NCBI GenBank assembly: GCA_963775535.1
Contig: CAVZJH010000066.1
Span: forward strand, 1-15,363
Length of the DNA stretch: 15,363 bases
Direction of reading: 5' to 3'
Source of the DNA: an uncultured bacterium
GTDB lineage: Bacteria > Armatimonadota > UBA5829
Below the pieces are notes generated by a model. It was not told where the DNA came from. It saw only the letters and a program-made list of their open reading frames with translations, and ran no database searches. Shown here piece after piece: positions 7,480-14,528 of the stretch; within the stretch, counting starts at the first letter, position 1; each line of letters starts with the position of its first letter. The position numbers were made by a program, and so were the translations under genes.

Positions 7480-8094
7480 ATGGAAATACAGCGAGTGGAA
7501 CGTCATAGTGTGGATGAACTGGTGGCCAACCTGCGCAGGGTGGGCATGTTCACCGACCCCGAGGCGCGCGTCTACAAGAACTCGGTAATCGAGCTCACCT
7601 CGTTTCACACAAATGAGATCGCGCCGGCCCAGCGATACGTGCTGGCGAGTGAGATCACAAAGGTGCGCGACTTGAAGTGGGCGCTGGCGGAGCACGCTGT
7701 GGACTTGTTCAGGCTCGATGGCTACGCGACTATCTGGCTGGAGGGCTACGACGATCCGATAGACGTTCTGCCGCCCGTTATCGAACAGTCCGCGGAGGCC
7801 GACGGCAGCGTAGTGAAGATTTTGAACGACGGTATGCACCGGGTCTACCTCGCGAGGATGGAGCGATCCCCGATCCAGGTGGTCTACATCCGCAATGTGC
7901 CGGAGCAGTATCCGTATTACGCGTTCCCGCTCGTGAACGGCTGGAACGATGTTGCGATCATGCAGGACCTGCCCGAGGGCTACATAAAGAAATGGCATCG
8001 CATCAAGAACTACAAGAGCCTTTACAGAGACTTCAACACCGGCTTCCAGAATGTCGGCGGGCCCAGAGGGCACTTCTCTAATGCCGGAAAGTAA
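7480..8094 (+). CDS. ParB/sulfiredoxin-fold (ParB-like nuclease domain) protein
   Basis: The 204-aa product contains VLPPVIEQSAEADGSVVKILNDGMHRVYLARMERSPIQVV. This matches the ParB/Srx core pattern: a Pi.v segment, then l.DGhHR..Aa, then an i.v segment. GAGAGG lies about 9 nt upstream of ATG 7480. The stop codon overlaps the start of the next gene. Confidence 0.5.
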   Translation: MEIQRVERHSVDELVANLRRVGMFTDPEARVYKNSVIELTSFHTNEIAPAQRYVLASEITKVRDLKWALAEHAVDLFRLDGYATIWLEGYDDPIDVLPPVIEQSAEADGSVVKILNDGMHRVYLARMERSPIQVVYIRNVPEQYPYYAFPLVNGWNDVAIMQDLPEGYIKKWHRIKNYKSLYRDFNTGFQNVGGPRGHFSNAGK

Positions 8095-9522
8095 TGATCT
8101 CGAGTTCATTGCGCTTCATTTCCCGGACAAGCTGAGGATCGTTAACCCCCGCGCTCGCCTCGGAGTTATTACGCTCTGGAGCAGGATCGAGTTTGTAGAG
8201 AGCAAGCTCGCTCAGATGGGGGTCGACCTGAACCCTGCAACTTCTAAAATAGCGGTCATCGGCAACCTCTACGGCAACGGCATTCCGCACTTGCTTCGCA
8301 ACCTGCTCTACAACCCGCAGATTCGCGACCTCGTGATATGCGGGGCGAACAAGTCCGGCTCCGCCGAGGAATTGATCGCGTTTTTCGAATCCGGGACCGA
8401 GCGCGCCACGAGCCTTGGAGAAAGCGTCACGCGAATAAAGGGGACAAGGCGGATCATCGACGACGCGCTGACCCCGGAGCATTTCTCGACGAGGCCGCGC
8501 ATCACGAGGTTCGGCGAACTCAGGGACTGCGGGGGGACCTGCGGGCTTACATTGCGGCGTGCTGCCCGGCCCAAGTGAGCGCGGAGCGTGTTAAGATCGA
8601 TCTGCCGGAGGTAAAGGTCACCCACTTCCCGAGCGAGCCGCGCAACCATAACGTGGTAACGGACACCCCGCTGGCGGCCTGGCGCGAGCTTATATTCCGC
8701 CTGGTGCGCTTCGGGCACCTGGTGAAGCTGCGAAAGGGCGACCGGCAGGAGCTGCCCAACGTGCGCGTGGTGGTGCGCGAGCCCGGGGAAGATGATACCG
8801 AGGAACTGGCGAAGTTCAACTTTTCCATTGACGAGCTCAGGCAGTATCAGCGCGACATGCTCCTCGGCCCGCTGCCGGAGGACCACTGCTACACCTACGG
8901 CAACCGGATTAGGGAATACTTCGGCTTCGATTCGCTTGAAAAGTTCGCCCAAAGGCTAAAAGCGAACCCGCAGGATCGGGACTGCTACCTCGCTCTGTGG
9001 GACAGCCATCACGACATCGACGCGGATGACGCTCCGTGCCTGGTCTCGCTGTTTTTCCGGGTGTTCGATGCCAGGCTGACCCTCACCGCGACCTACCGCA
9101 CCCACAACGCGCTCGATGCGTGGCTTAAGAATGTCTACGGGCTGATGAAGGCGCAGGAGATCGTGGCCGAAAAGGCGGGGCTGCCGGTGGGGCCGCTCAC
9201 GGTGATCAGCCACTCGATCAGCATTGACCCGTCCAAGTATGACGCCGCGCTGCGCGTGGCGAATGCCAGGGGGTTCTCGCTCGAGATCGACCCCAGCGGC
9301 CAGTTTATGGTGAGCGTGGAGGATGCGGAGATAGTGGTGCGGCACATGAACGATGACGGCTTCCTGCTCCACGAATACCGCTCCAAAAAGGCCGAGCGCA
9401 TCCAGCACGAGCTCAACCGCGACTGCGCGATCTCGGACATCAACCACGCGATGTATATAGGCCGGCAGCTCGCGAAGGCCGAGATTTGCTTGAGGAGCGG
9501 GGAAGAGTTCGAGGAAGGGTAG
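8081..9522 (+). CDS. Fusion protein: N-terminal MtrA-like domain (tetrahydromethanopterin S-methyltransferase subunit A family) joined to a C-terminal divergent thymidylate-synthase-fold domain; the frame shifts within the G6 run at 8542-8547
   Basis: The N-terminal segment is LGVITLWS...IAVIGNLYGNGIPHLLRNLLYNPQIRDLVICGANKSGS. This aligns by eye to the MtrA core (lGVvTLgS ... GIEKVvAN.ISNPNIRflIlCGSEVqGH). The C-terminus has TS-fold motifs: LKANPQDRDCYLALWD matches TS l.NP.SRR....AWN. DAPCLVSLFFRV matches the PCH nucleophile region with the Cys retained. YRTHNALDA matches QRSxD. SHSISI replaces GDAHIY. Frame 2 (8081-8578) and frame 1 (about 8540-9522) join at CTGCGGGGGGACC. An alternative start is ATG 8051. 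Confidence 0.6.
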
Positions 9523-9535
9523 GACTTCGGTTTTA

Positions 9536-9618
9536 GAATCGCTGAAGCGCTGAAATGAGATGAATGCGCTGAATCCATATCTTCAGCGTCATCACAAAAT
9601 TCAGCGTCTCAGCGATTC
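9536..9618 (+). repeat. 83-bp hairpin-rich repeat element, copy A
   Basis: The sequence is GAATCGCTGAAGCGCTGAAA...CGCTGAATCCATATCTTCAGCGTCATCAC.AAATTCAGCGTCTCAGCGATTC. It has 19-bp terminal inverted repeats with 2 mismatches and an internal stem GATGA..CGCTGAA/TTCAGCG-TCATC. It is about 90% identical to copy B. Confidence 0.8.
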
Positions 9619-9694
9619 GCTGCACTCAAATCTCGAAACATCGGGGCGTGGGTTTCTAAGGGTGAACTTCATTCAAGGCTAACGGAGGTCACAG

Positions 9695-10225
9695 TTGGAT
9701 GTGGATAAATTCATCAATTGCTTTGTAGATGCCATCAACCGTGCCCAAAAGGAGCCAGTTTGGGATAACGAATCTCCCGCCAGCGTCTACATTGGAGAAC
9801 AGTGGGATCAGGACAGGCACGAATGGCGAATTAAGCCTTACGAGTCGGTTGACTGGATCGCACCGTTAGAGCAGCAAATCAAACTCTCTTTTCCCAGGCT
9901 CTACCGCTCGCTTGTGACACGCTACATTTTCCCGGCCTTCGATATCGACGATCTCAACATATCTTTCCTGGGCAATACGCCAGAGGGCACGGACTTCCGT
10001 GAGATGAGAGATCGTCTGCTGACAAGCGGTATGTCTCACATATTGCTGCCTAACGGGTATCTTCACTTTGCAAATCCGCTTGACGGGCGAATGTTTGATC
10101 CGCTGTGCTTTGACACGAAGCGAACGAACGAGCACGGCGACTGCCCCATTGTCAGGATCGATCATGAGGCGATATTAGGTTACAACGAATCATCTATAGT
10201 TGAGGAGATTCGCGCCGTCGTTTGA
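9695..10225 (+). CDS. Low-GC hypothetical protein that resembles SUKH/SMI1-KNR4-type immunity proteins
   Basis: GGAGG lies 6 nt before TTG 9695. The 176-aa product has SUKH-like segments (WIAPLEQQIKLSFPRLYRSLVTRYIFPAF; LLPNGYLHFANPLDGRMFDPLCFD). GC is visibly lower, at about 50%, than the flanking DNA. The assignment is by eye only. Confidence 0.4.
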   Translation: MDVDKFINCFVDAINRAQKEPVWDNESPASVYIGEQWDQDRHEWRIKPYESVDWIAPLEQQIKLSFPRLYRSLVTRYIFPAFDIDDLNISFLGNTPEGTDFREMRDRLLTSGMSHILLPNGYLHFANPLDGRMFDPLCFDTKRTNEHGDCPIVRIDHEAILGYNESSIVEEIRAVV

Positions 10226-10300
10226 GGGGTTGGTAGAGCGGATCATCCAAGGAGTTATATGACGTTTCCTTCGGGGTTTGTTTCTGACCACCACATGTCT

Positions 10301-10383
10301 GAATCGCTGAAGCGCTGAAAGCGGATGAGAACGCTGAATCCATATCTTCAGCGTCATCACGAAATTCAGCGTCTCAGCGATTC
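10301..10383 (+). repeat. 83-bp hairpin-rich repeat element, copy B, a direct repeat of 9536-9618
   Basis: The two copies are identical except for about 7 substitutions, which are clustered in the internal bulge segment (TGAGATGAATG in A, GCGGATGAGAA in B) and one A/G position. Confidence 0.8.
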
Positions 10384-10417
10384 AATGCGCCACCACAACT
10401 AAGAAGCGGATTTTGTG

Positions 10418-10442
10418 TTTCGGGAATCTTGTTCCCGAAACG
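10418..10442. terminator. 10-bp perfect stem-loop GTTTCGGGAA-tcttg-TTCCCGAAAC between convergent genes
   Basis: I read the palindrome directly. It lies 30 nt beyond the stop of the minus-strand secreted-protein gene and downstream of the plus-strand cassette. There is no clear U-tract on either strand, so it could be a terminator or an mRNA-stabilising hairpin. Confidence 0.35.
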
Positions 10443-10472
10443 AACCGTGCATATCGGGAATACCAGCCCCCG

Positions 10473-11153
10473 TCACTCGCTCTTTGGCTGCACGTAATCT
10501 CCCAGCCAGCCCCAGACCGCTACTTTGATGATTGAACTGAACTGGCTTGGGTCGTAGGGCGTGGTCTGCAACTTCTGGCCGTCGAGATAGGCGGTTACAA
10601 GTTTGGCATCGGGGTCCAGGCGCAGGCCTACTACCGCCCATTTCTTGGGAGGCAGGACCGACCTCGTTATAAGGTTCGTCATGCCCATTTTGCCGTTGCA
10701 GATGCCAACACCGTAAGAGGTTTCACCGTGGCTTGCCTGAACCACTGCAACCGACATATCATCCCGGTCATTGCCGGAGCGCACGAGGAAGTTTACGAAA
10801 CCACCACTCCCCTGATCCGCGGCAGGCGGCAGGTAAACGCGCGCGCTCAAGTCCACGGTCCCAGCGCGCGGCACCTGAACATTGTGAAAAGCACACGCCA
10901 CAGGCTGCGTGTCCCGGTTAAGGTACATGCAATAAAGAGGAGGCTGCTCACCCATGCAAACAGTAGTGACGCTGTGGACGGCCGTCCAGGTGCTGATATT
11001 GCCGCTGTCGAAGTTGTCGAAAAAGACTGGATTGCCGTCATTGCGGAGTTGGAAATCCGTAACGTAAATGCCTCCGCCGGCGTGACATGCGAGTGGCGCT
11101 GCAAGGCACAGCGCGACAAAAGCCAACACGGTAAAACCAGTAACTGATCTCAT
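10473..11153 (-). CDS. Secreted hypothetical protein with an N-terminal signal peptide and a beta-rich domain of unknown function
   Basis: GGAGGA lies 6 nt upstream of the ATG on the minus strand. The N-terminus MRSVTGFTVLAFVALCLAAPLACHA is a typical Sec signal. The 226-aa product has Gly/Asn/Asp-rich composition and no recognisable catalytic motif. Confidence 0.65.
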   Translation of the reverse strand: MRSVTGFTVLAFVALCLAAPLACHAGGGIYVTDFQLRNDGNPVFFDNFDSGNISTWTAVHSVTTVCMGEQPPLYCMYLNRDTQPVACAFHNVQVPRAGTVDLSARVYLPPAADQGSGGFVNFLVRSGNDRDDMSVAVVQASHGETSYGVGICNGKMGMTNLITRSVLPPKKWAVVGLRLDPDAKLVTAYLDGQKLQTTPYDPSQFSSIIKVAVWGWLGDYVQPKSE

Positions 11154-11205
11154 ATCTGTCCTCCGGTCACATTATGGTCCCGACCACCGGGACTCGGCTG
11201 CCTGC

Positions 11206-11234
11206 ATGATATGCTTGCTTTGCCGCTATGTCAA
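11206..11234 (-). promoter_or_regulatory. Near-consensus sigma-70-like promoter (TTGACA -17- TATCAT) for the secreted-protein gene
   Basis: The minus-strand sequence reads TTGACATAGCGGCAAAGCAAGCATATCAT. The -10 element ends about 50 nt upstream of the ATG at 11153. Confidence 0.4.
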
Positions 11235-11272
11235 CATACCTGGAACGCAACAATACGTTCGACATATGCGGG

Positions 11273-11301
11273 TTGACGAAACGACGCCTATTTGATACAT
11301 T
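11273..11301 (+). promoter_or_regulatory. Sigma-70-like promoter candidate (TTGACG -17- TACATT) for the amidohydrolase gene
   Basis: Read directly from the sequence. It lies in the divergent intergenic region, about 80 nt upstream of GTG 11382. Confidence 0.3.
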
Positions 11302-11381
11302 GTGGCTAGCAGGCAAGGCTATCATGCATATGACCTGGTGAACGAGCTTATGAACAGCGAGGATGGCTAGAGCCAACACAC

Positions 11382-12712
11382 GTGAGCATCGACCTTTCCA
11401 CCACCCCCAACTTCTGCGCGCACGAGCATTGGGGGTGCATTGATTCCATCGGCAAAAACCCTCAGGACTTCCGCGTCGATCTCGAGCGCGGCGCGACGCC
11501 CAGCGCTTCCCTCGGCTCTTCGACATCCTCGTTGACCCGTATCTGAACTGGATGCTCGGTCTCGCCGGAGTGAATGTCGATGAACTCGCTGGCGGCGATT
11601 TCCGGAGCTTGGCCGCACGCTCACCGGCCGAGGCGATGGCTGTCATTCGTCCGGCCCTGAACCGCCAACGGCTGACAGGAACTTATCAGTGCACCCGCCG
11701 GGGGATGCTGAAGCTCTACGGCTTTGATGTGGACAGCGGCGATCCACGGGAAATCGAAGCGCTGAATGCGGCCATAGCGCACGCCTACTCCAACATGTTC
11801 GCCTGGTACCGCGCCGCTATGGACAAAGCCCATTTCTCGGAGGTGATTCGCCCGGTCCACCCCGAATACTTCACGGCCCAGCAGTCGCCGGAGACGGCCG
11901 CGCGGGAGTCGGCGTTCGTTAATACGATCATGCGTATCGATTCCCTGCTTGCGCTCTGGCCGAGGAAATGCCCGCGCAGGGACGCGCTTGCGAACATACT
12001 CGGCGTCGAGCCGGTCGATGCGAAGAGCTGGCGCGAGTTTATCCACGCGATACTCGACCTTGCCGCGGAAAATGGAACCACCGGCATCAAGCAGGCTCAG
12101 GCCTACGACCGGCGCCTGACGTTCGTCGCGCGCGAGGATTCTGAAGTCGCGTTCTCCGCGGACATGACTCCCGAGCAGGTGCGCGTGTGGCAGGACTGGG
12201 CTGCGCACGTATGCTTCGAATATGCCGACGACCGGGGCTGGCCGCACCAGGTCCACGTGGGAACCCACAACTTGCCTCATTCCTCCCCGCTTCCCCTGGG
12301 TGATGTCGCGGCCCGCTACGGACGAATGAAACTCGTGCAAATCCACTGCTGGCCGTTCCTGAAAGAAGCCGGGTGGCTGGCTAAGCACTACCCCAACGTC
12401 TACATAGACAGTTGCTGGCTGCCGATCCTGAGCCCCGGGTTCTACCGAGAAGCCCTCATGACCTGGCTCAACTATGTGCCCATCCACAAGCTCATGTGCT
12501 CGCACGATGCAACGTGCGTCGAAATGGCGGTCGGGTCTTCGCTCTTCACGCGAGAAATATTAGCCGAAGCGCTCGTAGAGCAAACGCACAGCTTCGGTCT
12601 TTCAACGAGCGATCTCGAGCAAACCGCAGCAGACCTTCTGCATAACAACGCGGCGACGGTCTACGGGATTGGCGTGCAAAAAACTACAACACCAGCACAT
12701 TCTCTCGCGTAG
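11382..12712 (+). CDS. Metal-dependent TIM-barrel amidohydrolase (amidohydrolase-2-like); the frame shifts near 11495-11510
   Basis: The N-terminal piece in frame 3 (VSIDLSTTPNFCAHEHWGCIDSIGKNPQDFRVDLE) carries the HxH metal motif. The main ORF (11552-12712) carries later barrel motifs (QVHVGTHN, QIHCWPF, MCSHDA). The frame-2 upstream sequence ARRDAQRFPRLFDILVDPYLNW connects the two pieces. Confidence 0.5.
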
Positions 12713-12754
12713 TTCTACTGGCGGACGTTCAGGGGCTTCGCCCCCGAACCCTCA

Positions 12755-12799
12755 CCAAGGGCGCTGCCCTTGGATCCCGCCAGGAAACTGTGTTTCCTG
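12755..12799. terminator. Pair of 8-bp stem hairpins (CCAAGGGC-gct-GCCCTTGG and CAGGAAAC-tgt-GTTTCCTG) after the amidohydrolase stop
   Basis: Read directly from the sequence. It is preceded by GGGGC-ttc-GCCCC and a CCCTCACC motif at 12732-12754, and lies between convergent transcription units. Confidence 0.35.
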
Positions 12800-12960
12800 G
12801 ACATTCCGACTCCCTTCGCGTATGTCCACATAAAGAAGATAGATATAATGCGCTCGCAGACAACTTACTTGTAAAACCTGTTCATGACGCCCAAAGCACG
12901 AAGAAGCACCGCTGTCGTTGGGTCTCCAGGTATCAGTGTGAAGCGGTCAATGACGCGAGT

Positions 12961-13790
12961 TTCTCATTGACAAGGTTAAGCAGTTCGGCCTCGGAGGGCT
13001 GCCAGGAGCTCGGCAGGACGTCGCGCAAGCCCGTGACCACAGCCTGCTTGTAAGGCCGGTCGTTTTCCAGCGCGTCTTTGAACAGACCGAATTCCTTCTA
13101 CCGAGTTCGACCGCGCTAATTCTCTCACACAGCTTTCCGCGTAGCCGCCTTTCTTGATCCCTTCCAGCAGTAAGGAACAGCGGCATCACCAAATGCCTGA
13201 TGTATCTCTGAGGCAATCGGGAACATCGGGAAGAAGAACCCATCCAACCTATCCGAAGTATCCGTTGAAGCGAGCAGAGGCCCTAGTTTTTGCAGGTGGC
13301 TGGTTTCGCTGCCTGATGAATGGCCCCCACCGCCTCGTCTCTGACCGATGGAACCTCCGCCAACTGCAACAAGAGATCGTGCGCCCGGTCAGTCTTAAGC
13401 ATCTCGGTCGATTAAACCAGCGGCAGAAGCGCTTCTCTCTGAATAAACGTTCGAATGTGCGGAACTGCTGCCCACACTAAGTCCTGTATCAGTTTCGGCA
13501 CCGCGGGCTGCTCCTTCCATACAACCGCGGCTGCGGATATTCGAGAAGTGAACTGCCTTCAGCGGCATCAAGACGTCCAGGGAGTGGACTGCCGCGCCTG
13601 CCGTTTCCGCGGAATGGAGTGAGAAATGGAATGATCGAGTCTGCCAACCGCCTCGCAGCGGGCTGGAACAAATCCGCGTGTCCGCTCAAATAATAGGCCA
13701 AGTCGTCAGTCAGGTCCCTCTTTGGCCAGCATTAACGCGGGATCTCGCGCCTTATGACATCATCCCCGTAGTAGTCCAGCACATTAAGGC
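12961..13790 (-). pseudogene. Decayed paralogue of the HEAT-like gene at 14529-15363, carrying multiple frameshifts and stops
   Basis: Nucleotide-level similarity to 14551-15363 runs across about 0.8 kb, with long identical blocks such as TTCATTGACAA.GTTAAGCAG.TCGGCCTCGGA.GGCTGCCAGGAG.TCGGCAGGAC and CAGCCTGCTTGTAAGGCCGGTCGTTTTCCAG. There are scattered indels. Only short broken ORFs remain (12947-13243 and 13489-13701). Confidence 0.6.
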
Positions 13791-14501
13791 ACATATTTAT
13801 ACACAAACTCGTCGTAAGATCCTTGCCAGGCGGGATAACCAAAGTGATGATGCAGGCATTTGAACAAGACTGGCAGCACCTGTTCATCGGGCTTCGCAAG
13901 CAGCGAAGGCAAGTCAATATACCTAACATGACGCCCACGTTATCCGGAGGGTGCGATATCTGATCCTCCAACCATCCGCCGCGCTGTTCGGGCGAGAACG
14001 GCTTCACTATCAATGGAGTCCAGTCCGAATAGGAGAAGATCACCCTGGCCAGCTTGTCGAACCATTTGCCATGGCCTTTGTAGCGCACCATGTAAGTGCC
14101 GGGTTTGCTGAACCGGTAGGTACCCAGATGCAGAGGCAATCTTCCCTGCAATGAGGACTGCGGCGTGCCCAACTCGTGGGACCCATCCCCCGTCATTATC
14201 CGAGCGTGGGGGGTATCGCCAGCATGCCCGAGTCGCGGAAGCGGCTTGCCGTTCAGCGTCACTTCAAAATCGTTGGGGCCGAAGAACCACGGTTCACTTG
14301 AATACGGATAGCTAAGCTGAAGTCATACTGCTGTGATCCGCGGCGAACTGAACGTGGACCCACACGGGGCATGTTCGTATACACGGGATCATCGAAAGAC
14401 AGGGTCGCGTGCGGCATGGCATCGTCCGCAAGAGCGGCTCTACCTGGCGCCAGCATCACCAGCAGGACAAAACATATCCTAAGAAACGATAGGTGCGACA
14501 T
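13732..14501 (-). CDS. Secreted hypothetical protein; the frame shifts near 14275-14290 and the 3' end is uncertain
   Basis: The signal peptide is MSHLSFLRICFVLLVMLAPGRAALA (ORF 14259-14501). It continues in another frame as ...SYPYSSEPWFFGPNDFEVTLNGKPLPRLGHAGD...GTYMVRYKGHGKWFDKLARVIFSYSDWTPLIVKPF. A single-nucleotide indel near CTTAGC joins the two frames. Confidence 0.45.
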
Positions 14502-14528
14502 AGACGAATAACCCTTTTGCTCAGCATT

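Noticed and set aside
8308-9447. Minus-strand ORFs 8308-8952, 8078-8482 and 8956-9447, antisense to the MtrA::TS fusion gene
   Set aside because: They are antisense artefacts. The forward strand carries recognisable MtrA and TS motifs.
10249-10319. Tiny ORF (ATG 10260, 19 codons) with an AAGGAG RBS, running into repeat copy B
   Set aside because: It is too short and ends inside the repeat. It is most likely a coincidental RBS-like purine run.
9536-10383. Reading the two 83-bp elements as integron attC sites flanking a gene cassette
   Set aside because: Neither the attC R' core (GTTRRRY) nor the inverse core (RYYYAAC) is present at the element ends, and the two copies are nearly identical, whereas attC sites usually differ in sequence between cassettes. 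I kept this as an unclassified repeat pair instead.
11621-12505. 294-aa minus-strand ORF antisense to the amidohydrolase gene
   Set aside because: The translation is Arg/Val/Gly-rich. The plus strand has conserved amidohydrolase motifs.
13154-13480. Plus-strand ORFs 13154-13480, 12790-13053, 14671-14976 and 14493-14711
   Set aside because: They lie antisense to the paralogous HEAT-like gene copies. Their translations are low-complexity, and the same artefact recurs in both copies.
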